The notes below the pieces were generated by a model that had not been told where the DNA came from, ran no database searches, and saw only the letters and a program-made list of their open reading frames with translations. Positions 23,301-35,500 of a stretch of 64,000 nucleotides of DNA are shown here, one piece after another. The position numbers and the translations under genes are program-made. This stretch comes from Camelus dromedarius (taxonomy: Eukaryota). Positions within the stretch are counted from its first letter, which is position 1. Every line of letters starts with the position of its first letter. The DNA lies in NCBI RefSeq assembly GCF_036321535.1, contig NC_087452.1, positions 33,418,001 to 33,482,000 on the forward strand, given 5' to 3'.

Positions 23301-26300
23301 CCGCATTGATCAGTTGTGGCTCCAGCCTTCATGGTCGCTGCTTCCTGCATGAGCTAGAGCCCCAAGGGGCAGCCCTGCACCTGGCACCACCAGCCTGCCT
23401 TTTCTCTGCACACCACAATCGGCCCGAGGACTGTCCCGACTGTGTGGCCAGCCCTCTGGGCACCCTTGTGACAGTGGTTGAGCAGGGCCATGCCTCCTAC
23501 TTCTACGTGGCATCCTCGCTGAACTCAACAGTGGCCGCCAGCTTCAGCCCCGGCTCAGTGTCCATCCGGCGCCTCAAGGCTGACGCCTCAGGATTTGCAC
23601 CAGGCTTTGCAGCACTGTCAGTGCTGCCCGAGCACCTCGCTTCCTACCGCATCGAATATGTGTACAGTTTCCACACAGGAGCCTTCGTCTACTTCCTGAC
23701 AGTGCAGCCAGCCAACGTGGCAGCCGCTCCCGGCGCCTTACACACACGTGTGGCACGGCTCAGTGCTGTAGAGACCGACCTGGGCAACTACCGCGAGATG
23801 GTCCTTGACTGCAGTTTTGAGCCTAAACGCCGGCGACGCGCGGCCCATGAGGGAGGGCATCCCTACCCAGTGCTGAGGGCAGCCCATGCCGCTCCTGTGG
23901 GCAGCAGATTGGCTGCTGAACTGAGCATCGCCGAGGGCCAGGAAGTGCTATTTGGGGTCTTCTCGGCTAGCAGGGACAGCAAGCCTGTTGTGGATCCCAG
24001 CTCTGTCGTCTGTGCCTTCCCGGTTGATCTGCTGAACACTCTCATTGATCAGGGAGTAGAGCGCTGCTGTGAGCCTCCAGTCCACCCTGGCCTCCGCCGA
24101 GACCTTGACTTCTTTCAATTGCCCAGTTTCTGCCCTCACCCGGTGAGCAGAAAGAAGGGGCCCTCACTTGTGAGCATTGTACGCATGCTTCCCTTCCAGC
24201 TGCCTCTCTTCCGGTACTGAGGGGATCTGGAAGGGGGATGGCAGTCGGGGGCAGGTTTCCTCTTTCACCCTATTCTTTAGGGTAGTGAGGGAATCAGCCA
24301 AAGGCCACACTGGAGGCTCATCTCCTGGCCAGGCTGGACCCTGTTGCTATGCCATTTTGCTCTTTAACCCTCTCACCCTGGCCTCTTGATTTTTTAGGTA
24401 GTTTCCCTGGCCATGTGAAAACCAGACTGCATCATAACTCTCTGCCAGGCACACTTCCAAATGCTGGGTAGAATGATGGGTGTCCCTTCCCATCTGCTCA
24501 CTAATAACCTTAAGGACATGCACAGAAAAGCAGCGCCCTCCAGACAGGCAGATGCTCACAGATTCATCCAGACTCATAGCTACTCACCAACACTGTTTTG
24601 CTTTCCCTGTGGGAACATTTGTTTTGCTCTGCTTTCCAAGGAGGGTGGGTCAGGGATTGTCAGAGAATGCCTCCCCCTCTAGAGAGCCTACTGGGCCTTG
24701 GAAGTTGGGGGCTTGTCAGGGAGCCTGCATGCCTTGGGCTTTACTGACCCACTCATTCCTGATTGTTCTCCGTTGGGTGATTGGGAGAGGATTCAGGATG
24801 TAGTGGGAAGGAGGCTTGGCTCTGGTAGATTCCAGAAGGTTCACTCCAGTCTTGTGCAATCAACTATAAACATCTGGGGATGAGTAAAGGCCTAGGAGAG
24901 GCTGATTAGAATTAGTTCACCATGCAGGAATCCCATACTTTCTTTCACCATAGTTGGGGCCCTGCCGCAGTCCCCCTTCTCACCCCAGGAAGGAGGTCTC
25001 CCAGCCCATGCTTAACTGGGGATGCCTTCCAGCAGATCCTACGCAGGTTCTCTCCAGCATAAGTGTCAGGGATCTGGAGAAGAGACAAAAAGGAAATTCC
25101 TTAAAATAATTCCCTGAGGACAAAACCAAAACTGATCCCTTGAAGCCGTTGAAACAGTCCCACCATACAAGAGACTAACCCAGGGCAATGGAATGAATGA
25201 ACAAATGGCATTGGACAAGTGGCCTTTTAGCAAGCTGACCCACAGTCACTGCTCTCTGAGTCTTTGGCTGCCCTGTGGCCCTAGCCCTGCTATGACATTC
25301 TCCACTAACTCCTTTTGCTCTGACTGATGCCCCAGTGCTGGGAGGAGAATTTATACACAATGAAGGGTAGGGAGTCTTCAGCCTTCTACCCTCTGCTGAC
25401 TCCATATGGGTTGAGGAGGCCCTAGGGGTTGGGATCCCTAGTCTGAGCTGGGCGGCCCTGCCTGGCCTCCTCTCCTTCTCTCTGGGGAGTCAGAACCTCT
25501 CCCTGACTTGGCTAGTGGTCAGGGGATCAGAAGATACCCAGCACAACTTGGTGGTGCCAGGCTCAAGCCCCGCCTATAGGCTGGCCAGGCCTTGTGTGAA
25601 CCAGCCTGTACAGTGTTTGTCCTGTGACTGGGCCTGCAGCCTCCAGGAAGACACCCACTGTGTGCTCACTGTGGCTGCCCTCATGAAGCCTGAGGGGCTC
25701 AGAGCTGGGACCTGCCCACCATGGGTTCAGACAGGGTTTGAGTCTGGGGGGGTCACCCTCCACTACGGGGCATTGGATGCTTAAGTGTTTTCCGGAAACA
25801 GGGGCCCCTAGACAGGCCTGGGAACCCAGAGCTAAGGCCCTGGAGCCCAGGGGCCAACAGGCACGGGTGTGGCTCTGACTGGGATAGGGCCCCTTTTCCA
25901 CCCCACAGCCCCACCTGTCGCTGAGTCATACTGAAATCACCTGGCTGTCTTCCTGCTAGGTTCAAGACTCTTACCCACCTCCAGTGAGGACAGAGTCCTA
26001 GTCTCCACCCACCCAGGCTACAGATCCAGTGTGTGGAGTTTCAGGGCTCAGCTCGAGACATACTTTTGCTCCCAAGACTTTCAATCAGGACTGGGTTAAG
26101 CATACTTAGTCTAATAGGGGGCCTTCTGTCAGCCTTGGGGATCACCCTTAGGGCTGGTAAGGGAGGGTTCCGAGCAGCTAAGGCTACAGAGCCCTGGCTA
26201 CACCTTGCGCCCAGCTCGATACCCTGCACTCACACTCTCACTTCCTGGTGTCCCAGAGGCTTCCACAGCCTTGCCCTTGGCACTCTACCCCAAACACCCT

Positions 26301-29300
26301 CCTGCTAAGAGCAGGAGAGAAATTATTGTTTCCCAGCCCCAGGGCCTAGTCTGGTATACAGACCCTCAGGCTTTGGTTTATCTCTTTTGTACCCTGAAGG
26401 AGGTACAGGTAGCAGCTGGAGATTCAGGAAGACCTGTGGTGTCTCAGGGAGAAGGACCATGTTACTCACCCTGTGCTGGCCAGTTAACCTCAGCGTTCAG
26501 GCCCTTACGCAGGGGGAGAAACCGAAGCCTTAAGAGGGAACAGGGTTTGTGAAGTGCAGGGAGGAACCAGCAGGGGGCAGGAGAGGACTCTGGTCAAGAA
26601 CTCAGACTTCCAACCTGGCTCCTCTCCTGAGGAGAGGAGTGGCTATAAGGTCTTTGACAGGTGAGCAAACCTCTGTGAGCCAGTTTCCTTCTCTGTAATA
26701 TGGGGGTGGTGAGAGTACCCACTCTACAGCAAGGCTGTGAGGACAGAATGGGGTTGACTCTGTAAGACTCATTATCAGAATGGACGTGCAGAGGGAGCTG
26801 AGCCAGACTTCCAGCCTTGGCCTTCTTCCCTGGCCTTGCTACTTCTGAGAGCCCCGTGGAGGGGGTGGGGAAACTGGCAGGCCTGGGACCTTCTGCAGCC
26901 AGGGCAGGTGAGGGGTGGGAGTTTGGGCTGTGGTGGTCACTGACAGAGTTCCCAAGGGGTCAGTGCATGGAGATGAGCCCTGACTCCTTCCCTGACCCTC
27001 CCCAGCCTGGCCTGGAGGCCCTCAGCCCCAACACCAGTTGCCACCACTTCCCTCTGCTGGTCAGCAGCAGCTTCTCACGTGTGGACCTCTTCAATGGGCT
27101 GTTAGGGCCAGTGCAGGTCACTGCATTGCACGTGACACGCCTCGACAATGTCACATTGGCCCACATGGGCACAGCTGATGGGCGCATCCTGCAGGTAGGT
27201 TCCTCATCTCCACAGCCCCTTGTCCCCAAACCCTCATCCCCATTTTGCTCACAGCTGACCTGTCCCAGGTGGAACTGGCCAGGTCTCTCAACTACTTGCT
27301 GTACGTGTCCAACTTCTCACTGGGCAGCAATGGGCAGCCTGTGCATCGGGATATCAGTCGCCTTGGGGACCACCTTCTCTTTGCCTCTGGGGACAAGGTA
27401 AGGTGGGGCAGGGCAGGGCCTGGGACTGTGCTGTGGGAGCACAGCCACCCCATTGGATCCAGGGAGGCACTGACACACAGGTCTCACCTCCCTGGTTTAT
27501 GCTGGGACCAGGGAGTCTAGGGGACCTAGTCCCCCCACCACCTTCAGCCACCCCTGAGCCACCTGTCTGTCCAAGGTCTTCCAGGTACCTATCCGGGGCC
27601 CTGGCTGCCGCCACTTCCTCACCTGTTGGCGTTGCCTGCGGGCACAGCGTTTCATGGGCTGTGGATGGTGTGGGGGCATGTGTGGCCGGCAGAAGGAGTG
27701 TCCTGGCCCCTGGCAACAGGACCATTGCCCACCAGAGCTTACTGAGGTATGGCTTGCCTGGCAGGATACAGGTAAGGGTGGGGCAAGCTGGGCCTGAGGT
27801 GGGGGTCAGCAGCTCTTGACCATGATCTTCCTCAGGCCTGAGCTGGCCTCAGTATCTACAAGGAGGGCATTCTTGGCAGAGAGGATGGCACATGCAAAGA
27901 CTTAGAGGCAGAAAAGTTTTGAGTGAGGACTAGTGAGGGACCTAGAATGATGAAGTGTGAGACAGGCAAGGAGTATGGCAGAAAACTTCGGGGAAAGCAG
28001 ACAAGGCTGAGAGTCCTGACCCAGAAGGGGACTCAGGCCATCTTCTCCTCTCCCCTCAGTTCCACCCCCAGAGTGGACCCCTGAGGGGCAGCACAAGGCT
28101 AACCCTGTGTGGCTCCAACTTCAACCTACACCCTACTGGCCTGGTGCCTAAAGACACCCATCAGGTCACCGTGGGTCAAAGTCCCTGCCGACTGCTGCAT
28201 AAGGACAGCTCAAACCTCAGGTACAACCTGGTCTCTACCCTTTTGATCCCTGATGGGGGTAACCAAGCAGCCCCGTCCCTGTGAGACCCTGTCTTCTGCT
28301 TGTGTGGGGCATAGTGGTATGGGGTAAGTTGCAATGGCTTTGTGGCTTTGTGTCTGGGGAGACATCTCTGTCCCTTCTTGAGCCTGCATGTGCCCTACCT
28401 GTCTGGTGAGTCCTGGCCTGGCAAGATTAGTCTCTGCTCTGCCAGATCCTGCCTAACCTGGGGGAAGAAATGAGTATCCTCAAGCTCAGAGGAGACCTGT
28501 GATTTGTAGTGGGCAGGCAACCAGCCAAGGTGGCCCCTGGCTGACTTTGAGTTCCCCTGGTGTCCCAGCCAAGTGCCCCGGAAGTACTTTGTAGAGGAGC
28601 TTGAGTGTGAGCTGGAGCCCTTGGTCATGCAGGTAGCTGGGCCTGCCAACGTCAGCCTCACCGTGTCCAACGTGCCACTGGGCAGGCATTTCCGGGTGGA
28701 TGGCACCTCCATGCTTCAAGGCTTCTCTTTCGTGGTGAGGCCACCTTGCCTTGTCTGTTCTCTTGGCCTGCTGGGCAATTCGGGCAGGGAAGGGTTTGGG
28801 TGGAGGGCCTCCTACTGCAAGCTAAGCCACCTCCATGCCCTCTCAGGAGCCGGTGCTGAGAACAGTACAACCCCTCTTTGGCCCACGGGCAGGGGGAACC
28901 TCCCTCACCCTTGAAGGCCAAGGCCTGTCTGTAGGCACCAGCCGGGCTGTGCTCATCAATGGGACTGAGTGCCCGCTGAAACGGTAAGTGCCAGCAGGAA
29001 AGGGGATGGGAATCCACAGGGTCCCACACAGGGGAGCCCTCACCACGTGGGGCTTGGATCCCTGTCAGGGCAGAAGGAGGAGGGCTCAGTCACATGGTCA
29101 GTGTAAGGAACAGGTCCAGGAAGAAGGGTCTGTTGCTTCCTCCCACTCAGAGGTGGTTTGGGGATGGCAGGAGAGTCCATTGCCTCTAGACCTAGAGTCC
29201 AATGGCTCCAGCCAATGTTGTGGGGTACCTGTTCCCTCCTTGTCTTCTTGGAGGACTTACTGGGACCACCCTACTTTCAGACAGAGCCACGGAGTAGGGC

Positions 29301-32300
29301 AGGTTGAGGGGATGACCAGCAGAGGAACTGGGACGGATCGGCAGGCCCCTGGAGGAGTTGGGTCTGACCATCACATGGAGGGTGCCTCTGAGCCCAATCC
29401 ACCTGTTCTGCAGGGTCAGCGAGGGGCAGCTTTTATGTACCACGCCCCCAGGGGCCGCTACTGCCAGCGTTCCCATTCGCCTGCAGGTAGGGGGTGCCAA
29501 GGTGCCTGGCTCCTGGAACTTCCACTACAAGGAAGACCCCATCATGCTGGGCATCAGCCCCAACTGTGGCTACACGTAAGTGCCACCTCCTTGCCCACTC
29601 TGGTCTCCTAAGAACGAAGGATCCAGCCTTGGAGAGCACCACAAGCTCACCACCCCACTCTCCTCCACAGTGGCTCCTATGTGACCATCCGTGGCCAGCA
29701 CCTGACTTCAGTGCGGCACCTCATGGTGTCATTCCATGATGGGCTTAAGGCAGTGGAGAACAGGGTGAGCGGGTGCTGGCAGCTGCAAAGCGGGCACTGG
29801 CCAGGAGGGAGGAAGGCCACACCAGTCCTCTGAGTTCCAGCCCTACCCTGTGCTGAGCTGGGGGACTGGGGTGGCCGTAGGTAGGATACCTGGCTAACCA
29901 CTCTCGCATGGGTCCAGCAGTGTGAAGGGCAGCTCCCGGAGCAGCACTGGTGCCGCCTGCCTGAATACGTGGTCCGAGGTCCTCAGGGGTGGGTGATGGG
30001 GAACCTGAGTGTCCAGGGGGATGGGGCTCCTGGCTTCACACTGCCTGGCTTTCGCTTCCTGCCCCCACCCTACCCACCCAGCACAGACCTGGCCCCGCTG
30101 AAGCCTGAGGAGCATGCCATTAAGTTTGAGGTAAGTGTGGGGGATGAGGGGCTGGGACAGTGGAGGGTTGGGGCTGAAGCCTGCCCAAAGGAGATGGGGG
30201 CACTGGCCAGTCCTCATGACTGTCTCTGCAGTATATTGGGCTGGGTGCTGTGGCTGACTGTGTGGATGTGAACGTGACCGTGGGAGGTGAGAGCTGCCGG
30301 CATGAGCTCCGAGGCGATGTGGTCGTCTGCCCCCTGCCCCTCTCCCTGCAACTTGGCAAGGATGGTGCTCCACTGCAGGTAGGCAGCTCAGCAGGCCTTC
30401 TGCAGGAGATGTGGGTTGAGGGCCTGCAGGCTGGGCCTGAGCTGCCACCTGCCCCCAGGTCTGCGTGGATGGTGGGTGTCACATCCTGGGCAGGGTAGTG
30501 CGGCCAGGTCTGGAAGGGGTCCCCCAGAGCATGCTCCTCTGTGTCCTGCTGGCCCTGCTCCTGCTTGTGGGTGTACTGGCTGCCGTACTGGTCTTCAGTT
30601 ACTACCGGAGGAAACAGCTAGGTGAGCTCTCCACTCCCATCCTGACTCAGCCCCTACTCCAAAACAGTGACACCTCCAAGCCCCTATATCCTTGGTCTGC
30701 CCATGCCTCCTGGGTAGGGGTCAGCCTCTAGGAGCTTGGAATGGTTGGCCACTAGGGGCCATTTTTCCACAGTCCTTTCTCCGAATCTGGATGATTTGGC
30801 ATCCCTGGACAGGACCACTGGAGACTTACCTCTGCCTATTCTCCGCTCAGGCTCTGACTACAGAAATGGCCTCGGTGAGATGGTGGCAGTACTAGAAGCT
30901 GGGGCCATGCCCTCTGTGCCACAAGTCCCTCACTCCCTCTCCTCCACAGCATCCCCTGCCATCAGTGACCTGGGTTCTACCACTCGGATCCACAGAGCAT
31001 CCTTTTCAGACAGTGGGGTCGGATCCCATGTCCCACTGCTGAGGAAAGAGTCCATCCAACTCGGGGACCTGAACCCCACGCTCCTGGCCGAGGTTAAGGA
31101 TGTGCTGATTCCCCATGAACGGGTGCTCACCCACACTGACCGAGTCATTGGCAAAGGTATGGGGGCCAGGCCAGCTGGGACTGGGACAGAGATGGAGTCC
31201 TGAGATGACATGGGCTCAAGGAACAGTTAGGCAGGCCTCTGCTCTGGCCTTCTCACCAACCTGTGTGACCTGAGGCATACTGTGTAACCTCTCTGAGCCT
31301 CCATTTGCTCATCTGGGAAACAGAAATTCTGTCCTCACTGGGTTCTGGTGCAGATTAAGTGGGCCTAGGAAGGCTGCAGGCTCTGCCATCTGGAGGCTGC
31401 CGCTTGTCTTTAATGTCAGATTGGCCAGTTGGTGCTCTGAGGTCTGGGTGCCAATGAGAGGGTGTGGTGGAGCCCTGGGCACTGGGGCTCCTCTCACCAT
31501 CTCTCCCTCATAGGCCATTTTGGAGTCGTCTACCATGGAGAATACATAGACGAGGCCCAGAATCAAGTCCACTGTGCCATCAAGTCGCTGAGTCGTAAGT
31601 GGGACAGAGGCTGGGAGGGTCTCCGTCCCTGCTGTGCAACCACCTCACTGAGCAACCCTGAGCAGGAGAACTTTCTTCTCCATTTCCCTGTCTGACCCTT
31701 GGCTCCCTGCCCTGGGCCTGACTCAAGCCGCTCTGCAGGCATCACAGAAGTGCAGGAGGTGGAGGCCTTCCTGCGCGAGGGGCTGCTCATGCGGGGTCTG
31801 CACCACCCAAACGTGCTGGCTCTCATTGGGATCGTGCTTCCGCCTGAAGGGCTGCCTCGTGTGCTGCTGCCCTACATGCGCCACGGAGACCTGCTCCAGT
31901 TCATCCGCTCACCCCAGCGGGTCAGTGCTCGGTGGGCCCTGGGTCAGGGGCTTGGGCAGCAGCTGGGGATGGAGCTGCTCTGCCTTCACCTACTGACCCA
32001 CCTGTGCCCCTAGAACCCCACGGTGAAGGACCTCATCAGCTTTGGCCTGCAGGTGGCCCGCGGCATGGAGTACCTGGCAGAGCAGAAGTTTGTGCACAGG
32101 GACCTGGCTGCTCGGAACTGCATGTGAGCTGCCAGAGCAGCTGGGGAGAAGCAAGGGGGCAGAGCACCAGGGCCTGCAGCTAAGCTGCACCTCAGGGAGG
32201 GGCCCACGCTCCAGCCCTTGCTGTGCAGCCCTGGACATGTCCTCCTGTCTCTGGGCCTCAGTTTTCCTGTCTACCCTGTGCAGTCTTGGATTGGACATTG

Positions 32301-35231
32301 TGGCTCAGAAACCCTGTGAGGGCTAGGACAGGTGGGTTCAGGGCCTGGTGGGGGCCAGTCCTGAGAGTGATTCCCTTCCCAGGCTGGATGAGTCATTCAC
32401 GGTCAAGGTGGCTGATTTTGGTCTGGCCCGCGACGTCCTGGACAAGGAATACTACAGTGTCCAACAGCACCGCCACGCTCGCCTACCTGTCAAATGGATG
32501 GCTCTCGAGAGCCTACAGACCTACAGATTCACCACCAAGTCTGATGTGGTAAGGCCCCACCTGCCCCAGGGCCCACATTGCTTCAGCGTCCTGGGAGGAC
32601 ACTCAGCCTGGACTTGCCCATTAGCTCCGGACGATGATCTGAGTCCAGGGAATTCCCTAGCTGGGCAGCACCCCCAGCCCATTTGCCCACCTCTGGGCAG
32701 GTGTCAGGGCAAGAGAAGGCTATGAACTCCAGACAATCTGGGCCCTGCCCAACACCAACTTTGGGCAGGCTCAAGTGGTGGGTGGGGACAGAGGGAAGAC
32801 ATTGGTGAGGTTTTGAGGAATGGGCTCTGATTGGGGGGTCAAGCCCCTCCATTCCAGCTAGAGGGCTCTGAGAGGTAGAGGAGCTGGGGGGACCCACCTG
32901 TCTCTAAATTTGGGGTAAGAGTTGAGTCCCTTCACCTCTCTTCTCCCACAGTGGTCGTTTGGTGTGCTGTTATGGGAGCTGCTGACACGGGGTGCCCCAC
33001 CATACTCCCACATTGACCCTTTTGACCTTGCTCACTTCCTGGCCCAGGGTCGCCGCCTGCCCCAGCCTGAGTATTGCCCCGATTCTCTGTGAGTATGTGG
33101 AAGTGGTGATGGGGAGTGAGCTAGGCCCCAGAGACAAGAAAGGGGCTGGAGACAGAGTCCTTGCCTTACTCTTTGCCTGATTCTCTGGCTGACCTGGAAA
33201 AGGACCCTCTCTGGGCCTCAGTTTCCTCATCTGCAGATTGGTTCCACCCCTATTCGGGGCTGGGTGCTGGAAGAATATCACAGTTGCCATGGTAACAGCA
33301 TTTCCTAACTCAGTCTGGATTGAGGCCAGTGATTTGATTTCCCAGCACTCCTCTCCACCCACCCCCACCAAGGGGGGCTGTTTTCCATCTTTTCCTCTTT
33401 CTTAACCTCAAGGAAATGTTCCATTAGCTCCCACACTAGCCCCTCCCCCTCCATCAGCAGATCAGATTTTTTTTTCCACTGGATATAGTTTTAGATTGCC
33501 TGTTCCCAGAGGTATGATGGCCGCTGTGTTTCATCAGTGCCTGATGGGTGGTTTTGGTGCCCAGGTTCAGCTTCATAAGCAGCACACATGCCTCAGCTGT
33601 GCTGAAGTCTCTGGTTAGAACAGGAAGAACACAGGTAAAGGTGGTTGATGAGTCCTATCCAATCTGTGTTCCAGAAGGGTATGAGTAATCCTTCCTCACT
33701 GCCCTGCCTGCCTTGGGTTTGCTCTTTATTATTTACATCACTAATGTGTCTGATTCAAAGTAAGGGAAATTAGGGGGAGGGTATATCTCAGTGGTAGAGT
33801 GTGTGTTTAGCATGCACGAGGTCCTGGGTTCAATTTCTAGTATGTCCACTTAAAATAAATAAATAAACCTAATTCCCTCCCCCTGCAAAACAAAACAAAG
33901 CAGAAAACAAAGTAAAGGAAATTAACTTCACTGTCTATTTGCCTCTATTGCAGTCTCCCTAAACAGACTCTGAGATGGAGATTTATGTGCAGAGGGTTTA
34001 TTGGTAGACTGGGGGTGAGAGAAGCAGGACTAGGCAGGGGAAGAAGTTGGCCTGTGATGCAGATGCAACAGAAGCTACAGCCTATGCCCTGGAAACCTCT
34101 GACACTGGAAAGGCCCTTCAGAGTTTTCTGAAATTGAGATCAAGGGGCCCAGCTATTTGCACCAGACATCAATCAGTCACTGGTCACAGCTGTCCCTGAG
34201 GAAGGAGTGTGAACTTGGAGGAGGCATTTCTTTTCTCCCTAGGGCAATTCCTAGACAGGGCCTCAGCCAAGAGCCATCAGCAGCCACAGGCAGAATAAAG
34301 GGGGGTATCTGGGTGGCACACCACAGCATCCTCTATTTCAGGGCAAGTCCCTTCTCTCTGGGCCTCAGTTTTTCTCATCTGGAAAGTTGGAATGATAACA
34401 GTCCCACCTTCAGAGGGTCTAAAAATTATACGAGATTATTGTGTGTAGGGCAATTGTAGTATCATTTAAGGCAGGGATAATATTTCCAAGATAAAGGCGG
34501 ATGTATTAGGACTCACCCGACAAACCCAGAGACACTTGCTTGGGAACCATGGTGCTATGTGCTGCCCCACACATCTCAGGCTTTTTAATCCCCAGATCTG
34601 GGCTTCCTTCCTGGAAGATATGTGATGATAACCACGATAGCTTGTGAGTTGGGCCCTAAGCTAAGACCTTCACAGGCATCCTCTCACCTTATGCCCCAAT
34701 AGCTCTGTGATCAGAGAAGGATCCAGAGGCACAGAGTTAAGGAACTTGCTCAAGATCACATAGCCCAGGTCACAGGGCACAGGAGCCCCCTGACACAATT
34801 CAACCTTGCCAAGTTGGGAAGGAGAAGAGCTGCCCCTAATTGGGCGATGCAAGGCACCAGGTCCTGTCACCTGCCCTCACCCCTGTGTGGCCTGCCGGGT
34901 GGTAACAGCAAGCAGATGGACCGGAGTCTCTGGGTGCAGTGCACCATGCTTCTGACGTTTTCCTCCACTCGGTAGGTATGCAGTGATGCAGCACTGCTGG
35001 GCTGCAGATCCTGCAGCAAGACCCACCTTCGGAGTGCTGGCAGGGGAAGTGGAGCGCATGGTCGCCACGCTGCGAGGAGACCATTACGTGCAGCTGCCCG
35101 TGGCCTATGTGAACGTGGGTCCTGGCACCTCTGACAAGGCAAACCTGTCATCGGAACAGTCGCCGTCCCCTCCAGTGCACAGGAGCACAGGGCGGCCCCG
35201 GCCCCTCTCAGAGCCACCAAGGCCCACGTGA
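22910..35231 (+). CDS. MST1R: Macrophage-stimulating protein receptor RON (MET-family receptor tyrosine kinase), 1400 aa
   Basis: 20 exons: 22910-24142, 27006-27194, 27269-27397, 27576-27746, 28060-28220, 28569-28734, 28847-28983, 29414-29575, 29671-29764, 29921-30130, 30232-30378, 30459-30621, 30773-30874, 30950-31156, 31514-31594, 31739-31920, 32014-32123, 32383-32548, 32952-33088, 34976-35231. Total 4203 nt = 1400 aa + stop. Shows a signal peptide, Sema domain, furin site KRRRR (23825-23839), PSI/IPT domains, TM helix from 30531, [20 protein letters not shown], activation loop KEYY and docking site YVQL..YVNV. Confidence 0.97.
26567..26580 (+). promoter_or_regulatory. Candidate CTCF site in MST1R intron 1
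   Basis: CCAGCAGGGGGCAG is a full match to the CTCF core CCASYAGRKGGCRS. Confidence 0.5.
26600..26770 (+). mobile_element. MIR relic in MST1R intron 1
   Basis: aaacctctgtgagccagtttccttctctgtaatatggggg...aaggctgtgagga. Confidence 0.55.
33283..33296. promoter_or_regulatory. RFX X-box (GTTGCCATGGTAAC) in MST1R intron 19
   Basis: Near-palindromic 14-mer matching the RFX consensus GTTRCCATGGYAAC. Confidence 0.65.
33773..33907 (+). mobile_element. Young tRNA-derived SINE (vic-1-like), copy 4
   Basis: Same head and body. 17-bp TSD caaagtaagggaaatta (33756-33772) / caaagtaaaggaaatta (33908-33924). Confidence 0.9.
33935..34330. mobile_element. MLT1-type MaLR LTR relic
   Basis: aaacagactctgagatggagatttatgtgcagagggtttattgg...gaagcaggactaggcaggggaagaagttggcctgtgatgcag resembles MLT1I/J-type LTRs. 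Confidence 0.55.
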
Positions 35232-35494
35232 CCTCAGCCCCAGGCAGGACCTGAGGGATTGGACCTGTGTAATGGTGGGAGTTAACCCAAGCTGCCTCTG
35301 GGCTGGCCTCTGCCCCTGTCCCTGCCTCTCAGCCTTCAGGGGCATGGGAAGGTGCAAGGCACAATGGCCTCTCACTCCACAGAGGGAACCAGTGAGGGGA
35401 TCCTTGATGCAGTATTTATGGAATGTCTGCTGTGTGCCTGGCTGCTGGGCACAGGGGACTCAATGGTGACCACTGGCCCTTGAATCAGTAAATG

Positions 35495-35500
35495 AATAAA
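35495..35500 (+). terminator. Likely MST1R polyadenylation signal (AATAAA)
   Basis: First AATAAA, about 265 nt after the stop codon. It lies in an L2-like tail (gtaaatgaataaatga). Confidence 0.55.

Noticed and set aside
32648-32657. Palindromic NF-kB-like site GGGAATTCCC in MST1R intron 18
   Set aside because: A single 10-mer with no supporting cluster; degenerate matches are expected by chance in 64 kb.
5624-33907. All four young SINEs lie in the same orientation
   Set aside because: The chance of this is 1 in 8, so it is not significant.
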